The translations under genes were made by a program, and so were the position numbers. Below the pieces are notes generated by a model that was given only the letters and a program-made list of their open reading frames with translations, made no database searches and was not told the DNA's origin. This document shows positions 1 through 14,074 of a DNA stretch of 64,000 nucleotides, one piece after another (within the stretch, counting starts at the first letter, position 1; every line of letters starts with the position of its first letter). This stretch comes from Glaucostegus cemiculus (taxonomy: Eukaryota): positions 12,338,001 to 12,402,000 of the forward strand of contig CDPCPM010000011.1 of the NCBI GenBank assembly GCA_976551045.1, in the 5' to 3' direction.

Positions 1-57
1 TCCTGCATTAAACATTTTGTCTTATAAATTAGACAGTTGCTGGACGAATCCTCCACG

Positions 58-58
<1 letters not shown>

Positions 59-92
<34 letters not shown>
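59..92. repeat. (CA)17 microsatellite
   Basis: Perfect CA run read directly. Confidence 0.97.
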
Positions 93-94
<2 letters not shown>

Positions 95-3000
95 AGTGGT
101 TTTTTTCAAAATAATTAAAATGTTGTCACCTGGGGGAAAAAAATCAGATTGCAGTAAACAAATCAATTCCCCTTTTGGTGCTTACAAAAAATATAAACTA
201 ACGCTTATCAGTGAGCCCCTGGCATTGCACTGCACAGGCGGACAAGCCGCAGAGGCCTTCGGATGAAGGCAAGTTACTCAGAATTTCTCTCGACAGATAT
301 TGTTAAGAGTAAAGTTTCAAATCGCAGCTAGTTCCTACAGGAAAGAAACAGCGTGTTGCTAACGTCCTCCCTGCTGAACGTGAGCAAGTTCATTCTAAAT
401 GCCTTTGTAGATTTGCCTTTCAAACAGTAACGAGACAGTTTCGAGTGCCGTTTAATAAGGCGCTGTTATAAATACATTAAAATCAACTCGTGTCAGCATT
501 ATTTAATCTGTTTTATTTGATTTCCGCCTCCAGCATTTGTCATATTCTATTATCTCTCAAGCTTTTGCATTTACTTCAGCTTTAGAACTTTTAAAGCCAT
601 TTAACTCGGCGTTTAATTCTGTATTCATTCCACGCGCATTTTGTCGCTTCTGTTTCCCGCACCCAACTACTCCGTTAATTTCTCGTTTTAAATGCAGTGC
701 GTGCATTTATCATTCTGTCCGACAGATCCCTGCAAACGTTTGCTTTCTACTAAATGTGTTCTTTTACACAGTGCACCCCTCCCTGTAACTCATTATTAGA
801 GCTTGTAGCTGGGTATTAACCTTTTACACTTTAATAATTTTTTTATGTCAATAAAGTGAAAGTCATTCTTTGTTCAGCACCAATACTCCGGTGCTGTGTA
901 AATTTTAATGTCGGTGTAAATTGGGAGTGGTAGTAAACCCAATGAACCACCACAGCGCTATGTCTGAGGGGTGTGACTTTTATACTTGCAGAGAAAGAGT
1001 CGTTTAGGGAAATCTATAACTCGTTTTAACCATTGCTTTTTCTAAAAAAAAATCCGTGCTAATTTTACTGCCGATTGATTTATCTCGGAAGCAAAATATT
1101 TTTTTCTTCCGAGCGTGTTCCTGGTTTGGCCGGACGGTCAGATGTGCGGGAGCCGATGTCTCCAGTTCTGGAGTGCAGCGAGTGGCGTCTTGAACTGGTG
1201 GTTACTGCCTCTCAGAGGCAGGAATGCGTTTCCCAGAGAGCTCCGGATTCCAAAGTTCGGGCATGTGGGGGCTGGGAACGAGCTTTTCCAACAGCAACCG
1301 AGATATTTTAATAATAATAAAAAGGTTCTACAATCTAAATATGCTGGAAACATTCTAACGACAGCTCAGAGTGGGATTTTACAGATTAAAGAGAGGAATT
1401 GAAATATATTTGTTTCAGAAATTGGATCTTGGCTTCTGTAATAAATGGAAATTTGTGTACGCAGCCGGACTATAAATTATCAGCGAGAAAAGAATATCCC
1501 AATCAGCAATTAGATGAATAAAATAGCTGATCAAATAAATAATTCATTTGCTTCAGAATAACTGAATCCGCTATCTTATATACATAGTTTACAGCAACGT
1601 CTATAAGTTTAACGGTTCATCGCGATCAGTGACCGTGGATAGTTTATGCGATAGTTTGAAAAAAAAAGATTATAAGCACCATTATTTAACGCGCTTTCCA
1701 GATGGGCTGAAATATACTGCCGAGGCTTCCGACTACACCGCTTCTACAGCTCGTAATTAATGATGGAGAAAATCATCGTTTGAATGTATAATTCAGCGCA
1801 AAGTTCCTCCAGTCTTGTCCTCTAATGTATGTTGGAAAGTCTGGTCATATAAATGACACAAATCACATTTACTAATTACAGCTGACTTCGCACAATTTTT
1901 GATAATACAATAATTTGAATTTTGTGACGTGTCTAGCTTTTAAACACAAACTTTGCAATTTCAAGTTCTTAGTGAAATATCGATGTTCTAAAAAAGTTTA
2001 CTAAGTTTAAATTGTACTGAGAAAAAAAGAACAACTATGCTTTTATGAGTTCAGTATATCTGTATTCACCTCCTTAATCGTCTTTTGGCGAAAAGAGCTG
2101 GCGTTTTAAGCAGGAAACTTAACGATAAACTAACAAGAGTTTTCGTAAATATTAATGTAAATGTGAGGACATAGGTATAACATATGAAGTAAAATCCCAC
2201 CGTTGAACAAAGTAATATAAAGGAAACTCTGAATATGGTTTTACTAAATAAATTTATAATGAGCCTGTTTTTGTGCAGCCCATTTTGATTCGCGGACATT
2301 ATTCTCACAATTCATCTTCTCCGTCCTTAAAATATAAATCGTACAGAGTTAATTTGTTAACTATTGGCTCGCCCTATTATTGTGGGCCCAGGAACATATG
2401 GTAGAGCCAGGGTCGCTGTTTTTTGGGTCGCTTTCCTTTTCTCGGGCATTGATGTGCGGACAAATTGAAGCACTGACTTCGTTATTTTCATGCAAATTTT
2501 GTCCTCTAGAAAGCAGTGGAAGAAACAACCCCCCCCCCCAAAAAAAAATCAGGCGGCAGATGTGAAACATTTGGTTGTGTCCTTGTTTCACTTGTGAAGA
2601 AATAATCAAGCTCTAACAAGGCAAGAGATAAGAAAAGTGATCGCCCTTGGTGGGCCGCGCGATGAGATTTGCACAAAACTTGGGCTAAATTGATGCAACT
2701 AGGTGGGAGATCGAGATGTTAACACGCAACATGTGACAGAATTAAACAAAACTGGACAGAAACTAACTGAACCAGAAACGATTGGGTTGAAGGAAGGCTG
2801 TTTGGTCCCATTTTCTTAGCTCACGTTGGTACAATCGGACTTGAGAATTAATAGCAGTGAAGAGGTAATCTCCGGTGGTTGCACTCGTCAGCGTTTAACC
2901 TCTTCGCGGGTTCTCGACTGTTTAATATTGATTTTCACGCGATGCACAGTTTTCCTCACACATGGTCTCAGAAACTTCTGTTGTCCCAACTTCTGCCGCT

Positions 3001-4738
3001 AATAACAAGAGGAGTTTAACGGTTTTGGGATAGACCCGAGCGCACACGGTATCCAGGGAACTAAGTATATTAATCGATTTTGCTTTCAGCCTCCCCCCAC
3101 CCGCCCCCCGGCAAATGGTAAAACACTCTTCAAATATTGCCTTTGATGGATGTGGTAGTGTTTTATAGTTTTATAAATATGACCTAAATTGCTGAGGAAC
3201 ATGAACGTGACGCAAACACGCATATAATAATGAACAGTACATTGATTACCATTTACTGCGCGGTGCTCAGAGGGAGGAGCTGTATGTAACGATATCAGAC
3301 CCATTAGAAACATTTGAGAAAATCATTTTTTGTTGTTGTTGAAGAAGTGGAATAAAAATCCAATGGAATTGGGCAAAGACATATCCCCACTTTACAGACC
3401 GTCTCTGTAATTGCATGTTCAACACTTCTCGTCTCCGCAATGTGGACTGAGATCGCCACAGTATCGCAAACGTGTTCTGGACCTTGGGCGGAAAACAAAC
3501 GACGGCGACAGAAACTCATTGTAACGCAAGAGATCTCGCATGGACTTTCTAATCCATAGTAACCCCACATGGTGCTGGACCTCTCTCGGGTTGGAAAATA
3601 ATGACCATTTCAACACAGCCCATCAAGAACTGTCTCTCCCACTGCTATTTCCCCAGTGAGTCTACACATACGTAAAACGTTAAGAAATAAGACGTAATTT
3701 ACGTTCTGAATTTTATGCAATAGTATTTAGAATACCCATTCGACATTTTAATAAGATATTGCAGTTTTAATGCAATTAATCTGCCTCAAAATCTGTTCCC
3801 CCCCCTCCTTGAACTATGCCATCTGTATAACCTCTGAGGGAAATAACTGGGAGTTAATGAAAATTGGTTGCATCTATGCGTGTACAGTCATTCGAATGTC
3901 CCTCACTCCTATACTTTGCCTAAAGCACTCTATTCTGTACAATGCGGCGTCTATTGCCCAACCGTTTAATGATGAAGGCCCCCAGGGACCAGCAATCGGC
4001 TACGATTTGCGATGTATTATAGTGCATTAAAGCAGCTGCTTTAAATAAAATCAATTATCTTCCCATCTGACAAGACGTCGCCTTGTTCCGGCCGCTGTTT
4101 GCAGTCTCTTACGGCCCGTGCAATAGAACGGGCAGCTCCTTCTCCAGTGGAATTGAGAAAGTGTCGCAAACGTCCAATGTCAGGCGGCCGGGCTCATACC
4201 GCCACCTTGGCGAGGGCAGCTGGAATCACCGGTCAGAGAGACACCGGACCGCGCCGCAAGAAGCAGGGGCGAGCGCTGGGGACACACTCCCCTTAGACCG
4301 CTTTCCCGAGCTACAATGCTGCAAACCCGAGATTAGTAAATTTCGGCGGAAATGGCCCGTGGCAATTTTTATTTAATCTTCTTGAGTGAGGGTTTCATGT
4401 ATTCCAGTTACTGCAGGGTGGGGCGTTAGATATCATTCTCCCGTTCAAATATGCATCACCTATTTCCTAACTATTTCGTTCTAAGCCATACCCCAACGTA
4501 GTTTTTCAAATAAAGTCTACTTTTTGCAGTCCGTTTGGAAAACGTGGACAGTGCACGGAGGGGAAATCCGACGGGGTTTGCATTTAGGCCGATTGCCGTG
4601 TGCGGGGGGCTTGTCTGTAGTCGTCGGGACAGAGCACAGAGCCTACACCCCCTCCAGCAGCCAGCAACACTACCGCAGCGCCAACCCACTCCGCTTCTGA
4701 GCCGCTCCGAGCAGCTCCGTGCAATTTCAAGGCGAGGT

Positions 4739-4870
4739 CCCGCCCACGCACCGCTCCCTGATAGGGCAACGGATCCAACCGGCTTTCTCATTGGGGCAGA
4801 TCCGGCGACGGAGCGGAGGGGGCTGTTCATTGGCCGCGCCGCCTGCCCGTCACAGGCGGGCCCCGCCTGC
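4739..4870 (+). promoter_or_regulatory. Proximal promoter motifs: GC boxes and inverted CCAAT boxes
   Basis: CCCGCCC at 4739-4745, ATTGG at 4790-4794 and 4829-4833, and further GGCGGG/CCCGCC near 4855-4867, about 400-500 bp upstream of the ATG. Sp/NF-Y function is inferred. Confidence 0.6.
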
Positions 4871-5043
4871 CGGGGAAGTTTTGCTACATTTGCCCACATG
4901 TGGCTGTGGCGGAAAGTGGGGAATGAATCAAAGTGAGGGAAGCGATGCGCCGTGACAGCGCGCACAGTGAGCGGAGTGGAAGATGCGCCAGCGACTAGTT
5001 GAGTGGCGAGCGGCTGAAGAACGGAGCCGCGAAACTAAGAGGA

Positions 5044-5050
5044 TATAAAA
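5044..5050 (+). promoter_or_regulatory. TATA-like box (TATAAAA)
   Basis: Consensus match about 200 bp upstream of the ATG. The TSS is unknown, so this may lie inside the 5' UTR. Confidence 0.3.
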
Positions 5051-5125
5051 AGAATCGGGGCACCGAGTGGCAACGCAGTTTATTGACAACATCACACACA
5101 TACATATTAAAGGATCTGATAGAGC

Positions 5126-5146
5126 CACACACACACACACACACAC
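5126..5146. repeat. (CA)10 microsatellite in the putative 5' UTR
   Basis: Direct reading. Confidence 0.92.
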
Positions 5147-5206
5147 GTATCAATAAAATATTTCTTCAAAGCTGATACATGACTAGATTGGAGTATGTCA
5201 GCCTAG

Positions 5207-5773
<567 letters not shown>

Positions 5774-8700
5774 TAAAGACAAAACACATCAGACAGACCG
5801 TAATCAGCATGCACACAGGCCAGTTTATCATTAGCATTCACTTGTTGATCTATATCTCCCGACCGACAAACATTCACGAGTAATTAACTTCCAGAGTAAA
5901 GCGTATTTATAAACAAAATACAAGAGACTTCTGTAATGCACACGTCGAGCGTTTGCTGCGGGATAACGTTTGATGTCACTGCATATTTTTGTTTGAAACT
6001 CGTGCATAACACTGGTCGCTCATCGCGTGTTCTCACGTTTTAATCGTCCTTGTTCCAAAGGCTTTGCAGATTTAAGGCTTCCCATTTCTGTTCACATGAA
6101 AGACTGTTTTCCTCTTCACCTGCACCATCCCAGTGGCGCACGGTGTGTCAACTTCAAGAAAGTACTGTATCCAGCTGGTTTGTTCTGTGACCACTAAGGG
6201 CTGGTTACGGGCAGAGAGAACAAAAATGCAGACAGTTTTGACAGAAATTATGAAAATATTGCCACAGTTGCGGGGAACCAAATAATTGGTCGGAGGCGAG
6301 TGGGAGGTCAGGTGGCGTGAGTGATCTGTTTTCTCACCGCAAGCTGTGTATTTTGGGCAACAATTGCTTTTTGGTAAGTTTTAACAGTAAGCTTCCTTTC
6401 ACTTGGGCTGTGAGAAGAACTAGTGGCTGGTTTACGCAGCGCAAAGCTCCAGTAGTTAAGAGAGGAATGTGGTATTCCGCTAAAACCAACACTAAAGTTT
6501 TCTTTTGTGTAAATTTCGGGATTTCATCTCATTCTCTTAAGGCCTCCAGCAATTACTAGCTGTTTCCTTTCACATGATTAAAAAAAAACACAAAAATTAT
6601 GTATTAGCTTCAATGTATCTGGAAGCAGAAAGCACAACATTTAGAATAAAAAAATCATTCGCAATCGGACTGGTCCTTTGAGAATATGATACTAGGGAAT
6701 TGGGTGTTCCATCGCTCTGCCTGTTGTATAAACTATGCAGCACCTTTAACTTTTAAAACAGCCAGCGGGGAAATAAAACTACAGCGATTTGGTAGACTTT
6801 TGAATAGATTCGAAGTATATTACTGGCAATAATTCAACAGGTACAGTGGTTCAGATTAGGTTAGGAGGGTGGGGTAGGGGGTAAGTTATGGTTCATATCC
6901 AAACGACTGAACATGAGGCAATGACAATCACGATGAGTTGAATTCACACTCCGGTGGCAGAGGTTCTTGAGGCAGGAATTCCTGCTACTCAAAACCAATT
7001 CAGGTCCTACACACGCTGAACTTCACAACTCATCTAACATTCTTCATGGATAATGCCACCAGCACCTACTAAGTAACAACATATTAATGATTATTCTATT
7101 AACAAAGTAATTATATTTATATGTTAAAACAAAATTTAAATACCCTTAATTTCAGGAGTAGCTGTGGTGAGTAATTATTTTAGTAAATCAGGTGAGAAGT
7201 TTAATATTACTAGTGATTTGCATACTTATGCAAGCAAACTGTGGTGGTGCGGTCAAGGATATAGTTCACCGTGCATGGCCATTAATAAACGAAGTAAAGT
7301 ATCCTTATCTTTATTTTTAATTTTATTCTTTGATGACTGTACACTCTTTATTGACATGATTGATGCATTTTTTGTACAAGATTCTACTTACTAATTCATT
7401 ACAATTATACAAAAATATTTCACTTAATTATGTATTTCCTATTTTTCTATATTACAAATAATGTTGCCCAGCTGAGCTTGGATCAAACATTACTGACAAC
7501 TTTTGAAACTTGACTCAGTTAAATTTTGAAAGTTTAGGTATGACCCTCAAAAAATTTGGATTTATTAAGTGAGATACGTTTGAAGCTACAAGAACTTGTA
7601 TGAAAGTTCATTCTGATTTAAAATTTGTTGTTTGGAAAGTGCTCCACTTTGAGTTGTGTTTAAGGATAATGATTAGAACATGAGATAATATGTGAGAACA
7701 AGTCTCAGAGAACTGAAAATATATTTTTTGGTTGATACTACTTTACTTTATTTCTGCAGCCACGATATTTATTGCACTGCACATGTTGGTTACGAGTCAA
7801 GAAAGTGAAAGCAATAACCTTTTCTACTACACTTACAAATGAGTGAATGTTAATGCTATTGCTAGAATGGCAACAGGATTAAAATATAGGAGCTCTCATT
7901 CAAATCCTAGAGCTTTCATTATTTTTAAAGTAGAAATGGCTGGAAGATCCAGGAAATTAGCTCACAGAACCCCTTTACTTTGCTAGAAACTAATGGTCTT
8001 TTCTATTATCCTTGGGTAGCGTCAATATTATAATTTTTAAACTGATATGTTTAATTATTTTATTAGTTCTGAATTAATGATATTCCTCAAAACAGTTCCC
8101 AGTTTCTCAAATTAAATAAATTTGTTACATTTAGAAAAGAGTTGTAAAAACTGCTGATCCACTGGTTCACTTCTAGAGCTATGTGTTTGTATGCATCCTT
8201 TTAATGCAGTCATCTATCTGAGAGCCCAGCATTAAGTTTTATACAGTACTGAAAGCAGTGAACAGATTTTATTTAATATTTGCATAAGTGCTTTTATTTT
8301 AGATTTCCAGCATCTATCGATATTTTCCTGATTTTTATTTATTTAGTATCTATCAATTTTTCTTATTCACAGAAAATTTTCCATCTGAGAAGATTTTGCT
8401 TTCTATCTTCTACATTTTCTGTTCTTCAATTTGAACTGGCAACTCCTTACTTAAACTTATAAATTGCACCTCTGATCAGCAATGGAACTTGAACACCATG
8501 ATTTTGTGTTGCTTTGCACTCAGTCTGTATTCTACACTCCCAGTAAATCTATTTTGCTGATTTGTTTATTTCATTAGGTTTTATAAATTAACTTTAAATA
8601 ATGTATTAACATTTTGCATTTAACTAAAATATAGTCTTTGAGATGAAAATAGGATTTCAATAACATCTGGGCATCTTTTCTTCAATTACCACTTGCCTCT

Positions 8701-11089
8701 AACTCTGGTTAACCTTGAGACTATATTTAATTTTAATTCCTCACACACATTACCCTAGGAAGTCCAATAAAGTTTCTATTACAAATGTTGTTAAGGGTAT
8801 ATTCTTCCTGTCAACTGACTTCAGGTTATCTTGATTTTTGGACATGCCTTAACCATCGATAATTTTGCTTGTAATTTGTGGTATCAGTTTTTCTTTTCAA
8901 ATTTGAGGAACTAGGTAACAACATGAAAGGGGATACTGGAATATTTGTCCCAGCTTCTTCCATCTTGTATCTAAAACCTTCAGTCATCTGTGACCTGTGA
9001 GGAAGGCAATTTGCTGTTATATCCAGAAACCTGTACTCTTTCCTAATCCCATCTGTGAAGAGGTTTCCCGCAATTTTTGACACTGATATAATACAATGAA
9101 TAAAATGAGTCACACTTTAGTCATTTTACATGTTTGAGTACTTCATACCTTCTCTTTGGGTATGCAGAACCTATGGTTAAATCTCTATCAATGCTCTCCT
9201 TGATTTGATTCGTGCGAGCTGTTGAAAAACATTTTAGAATGATTAATTTACCAACCTTCTTTGCCCCACTTGGAACCTTCAGTGTCTCCCCATTCTGATG
9301 TCAATCTGGGATGGGACATCTGTTACACAGTCAGTTAGAGCCATGAATTTGCAAACATTGTATATGATAATTCTTCTTCCTTATATACTGCTCTATACAA
9401 AGAGAGTAATAAGCTCTGTTTTTACTGTTTGTTTCTTTTTTTTCCCCACAGACTGTCCCTCATTAGGTCAGAGGTGTGGCATTTAAGTTATAGAGCCATG
9501 CTCAGGGTCATCAGAAGTAAAATCTAGATTTTGTTTTTACATTGGGCATAAGGGGAAACGTATCCAGAGTTAGTTCCTGCATGGTTAAAAAAATGCTTCC
9601 TGCTTTCTACATAGCATGATACCATACTGATGGTGACTGCCATCAATTTGCCTATATTTTTAATATATCAATAAATTCACAGTTCTATTTTTAATGCTAT
9701 CACAGTTCTCAAAAAAACTTCAATAACAGAATGTATCAGGGTTTATTACATGTCTGTTTCTGAGTAAGTTTGATTCTATTTTTAAGAAGCAACATGGACA
9801 GCATGATTTTGGGCAGCTGCACAGAATGAGTAATAGCAAATGGGAAAAGACATTGATCCACCTTTGTCCCCTTTATGATACCGTCCAAGACTGATTTCAC
9901 TGTATGCAGTATAACTGGTCTTGGCCCTATCGTAGACAGTATGCACATGAACCAGGGGAACAAAAGATTTTCTCAGGTCAATCATTTTGAACAGAGGAAA
10001 TTTGAATTTTGAGAATAAGTATGACAAGATACAGTGTCTACTTCTATTGTAATGTAGTAAGAGTCACAGGTTGTGTGTATACATGGTAAAAGAGGATCTG
10101 CAATTGGTCTTCCAATCTTACTCTCATTTAGAGTCTTTTAATATTATTTCTGCAACATGCATGTAAATATGCATGTGTATGATGTCAGTTGTATGTTGTC
10201 TTAAATGTACAGGTTCTAAGAAGTTTTTTTTACGTTACCATGTAGATCATGCATTATTCCACTGGATTTCAAATATATGTTTTAGGTGGCCTCATTTCAC
10301 TGAACTTTGATATCAAGCACAAATTCTTTTGTGCTTATACTGCACGATTAATGCCTATCCAGAATTAGAAGTATTGTCACATTGACAGCAAACAGCAAAA
10401 ACTGAAGCAACTAAATTATTTCAGCTCGATTATGTTCCTAAGTTTAGAATGTTTTGCAAGTAATATTGAAAGTAATATGAAGCAGAACCAGCTGCAGAAT
10501 GGATAAATATACTTGGAAATGGAAAAGCGTATGCAAAGTTAAGAGCACTGTGGTTTGTGGTTAGCCTGTTCCATTTTGGATTATACATTTTGGAGAAAAA
10601 TAGTTCCTGTTCTGATTCAGCCAAACCAGATGTACCTATTTGTAACTTAAATTGAAACCCAAACAAAGAAAACAAGCTTATTTGTACAGTCACTGAAGAT
10701 CGAAAGCAAGCCTTTCTTTAAATTCAGTATGAATTGGACCCTGTGAAAAATAGCTTTTCATGTCCTTGCCCCACCCTTTCCATTTTATCAATGCCATTCC
10801 TGCAACATCTGTATGTCCATCAACAAACATCAATTCATATGTAAGTTCATTAGTAACTAAACAATGGCAGTGCATACAAAAGTAATTGCATTTAAGAACC
10901 TGTGGTAAGTTAATTGAGCTGGATTTTGCAATACAAATAACAATGACACTGTCAGCATTCATTTGTTATTAAAAAGGATAAAAATGAAAAGTGCCTCATG
11001 AGTCATCTTTGCATTGTTGGCATCTGGACAGGTGCCATGAAACATGGGTATTTGGAAGATGATACCAGTAGTCCACAAGGTGTACTGTT

Positions 11090-11923
11090 TCAATTTTCAG
11101 CAATAGAATATGCACAGGAATTAATGTTATAAGTTGCCTAGTACTCTTGCTCTTTGTAAGAGTTATAGGTTGTTACATAAGGGGAAAGTATTGCTTTCTT
11201 CAGTGTACTAAGTGAAATATATTGCTGAAGAAACCATCTGACTCTGAAAACAACTTTACAAACATGTTGCATTCCACAGAAGGTAATTAATTTGCAATTT
11301 TTAAAGAAAATATTAGTTTTATTCTATTAAGTTTTTCTGTCTTTCTTTTAGCATTTGCTATATTCTAATCTTTATTTTCCTTTCTTTGGCAGAACTTAAA
11401 CATTATTTATATTTGCTATTTTTTTACTTCCTACTTTGCTGCCAATATGGCTTTGTAAGGTAGCATCTATGGAAAGAGCTCAGTAGGCCTTTATCATATA
11501 GAGTCTGTAACCTGAAAGGTTGACTCTGTTCCTATTTACACAGATGTTGCCTTGTGAAGCCATGTTGGCAGCAAAGCAGAAAGTAAAAAAAAGCACATTT
11601 AAATTATTCCAAAGAAAGTGAAATAGGATTTAGGATATTGACATGGAATAAAGGGAGTAAAACAAACAAAAACTTTTAAAAAATTAGCTTATTTATCTTT
11701 TTACATTGCAAATTAATTATCTTCTGAAGAACAACATACTTGTGAAGTTAAGTTTGAAAGATCAAAATTTTTTCGGCATACATACCACTTGATTTCCTGT
11801 GGAAAACATAATTATTTTTAATTCTACAAGCTATAGTTTAAACATAGACTGAAGATTGGGCATTTAGCCCAACTTCACATTGTAACATTGTTTTCTGTAT
11901 ATATTCTCTTGCTGAAAATTTGA
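11090..11923. repeat. Large degenerate inverted repeat (~390-bp arms, ~50-bp spacer)
   Basis: Mirrored blocks: caattttcagcaatagaatatgcacag (11091) vs ctgtatatattctcttgctgaaaatttg (~11895-11922); cagaaggtaattaatttgcaat (~11277) vs attgcaaattaattatcttctg (~11705); tttgctgccaatatggct (~11435) vs agccatgttggcagcaaa (~11558). Confidence 0.88.
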
Positions 11924-13149
11924 TATTCAACAGCAATGTGAGGATTCTGTAATTTGATTGGTTGAACTGCTTCCCTGCTGCTTGCACTGCTCAGAGATAC
12001 CACAGCTCACTCTAGAGGGCGCTAAGTTCAAACAGATGCTTGAAGAAAAAAAATCTCTGCTGATAAGGTCATATAAAGTTTCTGGGCAATCAAAGGGGAG
12101 ATGAAACTCACTGCTAAGTTCATCTAACAATTTTTAAATGTTTTGATTCCAGCCAAGGCATTATACTTTAGTATTTTAAATTTAATATGCATTTATCTCA
12201 GGGTGTTTGAAACTTAACTGTGTTTCATTTGTAAAGAATTTTCCAAAAGTACATTTAACTGCAGGCATATCTCGAATTTATTAATGCTCACAAGATTCTC
12301 TCAAGTTCCCATGCCTCCCATGCAGTCAGTGATGACTTAGTCTGTTCATGTAATTCTGAGCTACTAGATCTTTAACCCAGGAATTTTTCACAAAAAGAGC
12401 AAATTCTCATTTCTTCTCCATTCCAATATAACCTTTAGGATCAATTATCCTTTAGGAACAAGACAATTCAAATATACTAGGTTACAATATTAAATGTAAG
12501 CCAACTTTAAAAATACATTTAGCTCTCTGGTCTTTTCTGTGGAAGTGAGAGTTTGTGAATACACAGAACTTTAATATTAAATTATTCAACTCACTGCCAA
12601 ATGTATGGTTCTTTCCATCAGTTGTAGTTAGAAATATATTAAAGGCACAGCACTGACTTTCTCTTTCCTTGAACCTTGCAATGCTTTAGGAAATGTGCAA
12701 GCTCTGATTCTTCCCACTGTCTGATGAAGAACAGAAGTATAAAAAGGGGAAAGCTGTGGCTAGATTTCTTGTGCAGTGCATCTTTCTTCAAAGTTGCATT
12801 GCCATAATATGTGTTATTTTAAAGATAATGTGGCTTTAGGAATGCAATTATGAAAACAGGGTTAGGGCACTTTTAACCGGATGCTTATTCAGCCTGGGTT
12901 AAAATAAACCAATTTCTGTGAGTTGGCTGCCTTGGATTACACTGTGAAATCTGGCTCTGTTCTCCTGGCAGCAGAACTGCAGACTTGTGAATGACTGGGT
13001 CTGCTACCAGATTTATTGCACAAATACGGACACATCTCATGCATATTAGGCCAGGTTCCTCCACCTGGAATCATTGCCTGTAGTAACCCAGCATCTGCAC
13101 CCACCCTTGTGTACACTGGCCTTATGCATTCCAAAGTCCAGCAACTGAA

Positions 13150-13335
13150 AAGCAAAACAAAACTGCAGATGCTGGAAATCTGAAATAAAAACAGAAAATG
13201 CTGCAGATACTCAGCCGAAGCAGCTGCCAAAGGGTAATTGACCTGAAACATTGATATTGTTTCCCTCCCAAAAATTGCTGTCTGTCCTGCTGAGTATCTC
13301 CAGCATTTTCTGTTTACATTTCTGGAGTTTAGCAA
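13150..13335. mobile_element. Penelope-type terminal repeat remnant in inverted (hairpin) arrangement
   Basis: gatgctggaaatctgaaataaaaacagaaaatgctg...tcagc is mirrored by gctgagtatctccagcattttctgttt, with gacctgaaac...gtttc in between. The same motif abuts GIY-YIG-type sequence at 14080-14930. Confidence 0.72.
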
Positions 13336-13929
13336 CTTTATGCGGATAGTGTCAGGGCTTTCATTTATTAAAAACAAATGTTTGCTAAAACATAAAAACA
13401 AAAGCAAAATATATGAAAGTAAAGCAAAATAATATCTAAAAAAAAGTTCTTGTCTCAACCCTTATCTCCCAAATCTTTGCACTGCAATTCCCATTGAAAT
13501 CAATGTCATCCCAGGTTCTACACTAGCTGGACATGGTTAGCTAGCAATAGACTATATGATCCATCCTGTTGATTTCCTGGAATCTAATTTAGATTAGAAC
13601 CAGTGTATTATCAGCTTCAGATATACAGGGACTACATGTCTGTTGAGATTCTTTCACTTCTCAATATAACATTGGAGATTTGGTGCAGAAACTTTAGTGA
13701 AATAGTGTTTATTCCATTTGCTTGGGCTCCCCAATGACTTATCCAATTAATTCTGGGGTGTAGGGATAACTTAACTAACAGTGATGATAATAGGAATTCC
13801 ATCAGATATCACCCACTTTGCGTTATACAACACTCTTGATTTTCCGTTCCATTAAAGTCTGTAGAATATCAAAAGCCTACAACTGGTTGTCATTCTGTTA
13901 TCATCTGTTTTACATTATTGCCAAAAGTT

Positions 13930-14003
13930 AAATTCACCTGCTGACTGGAGGGTGCCTTTAAAAATTCACCTGCTGACTGGAGGGTGCCTTTAAAAATTCA
14001 CCT
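13930..14003. repeat. Perfect 32-bp tandem duplication (2.3 copies)
   Basis: Unit aaattcacctgctgactggagggtgcctttaa at 13930 and 13962, then aaattcacct at 13994. Confidence 0.97.
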
Positions 14004-14074
14004 CCCAAATGCTTTTGGAAGCCTGCCAAAATTAAACTTGTATGTAGTTCAGCTGGTTACCATGTTCATTAAAT

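Noticed and set aside
873-896. TTCAGCACC...GGTGCTG resembling a REST/RE1 site
   Set aside because: Only left half-sites in inverted arrangement; the GGACAG half is missing.
4471-4965. 130-165-aa ORFs on both strands in the promoter, and antisense ORFs at 5390-5782
   Set aside because: Stop-codon scarcity in the CpG island; Arg/Ala/Pro-rich with no homology signal.
12937-13458. 173-aa minus-strand ORF
   Set aside because: Spans a Penelope terminal repeat and low-complexity A-rich DNA; no coding signature.
13930-14003. 32-bp repeats as a possible CRISPR array
   Set aside because: No spacers, eukaryotic context, no cas genes.
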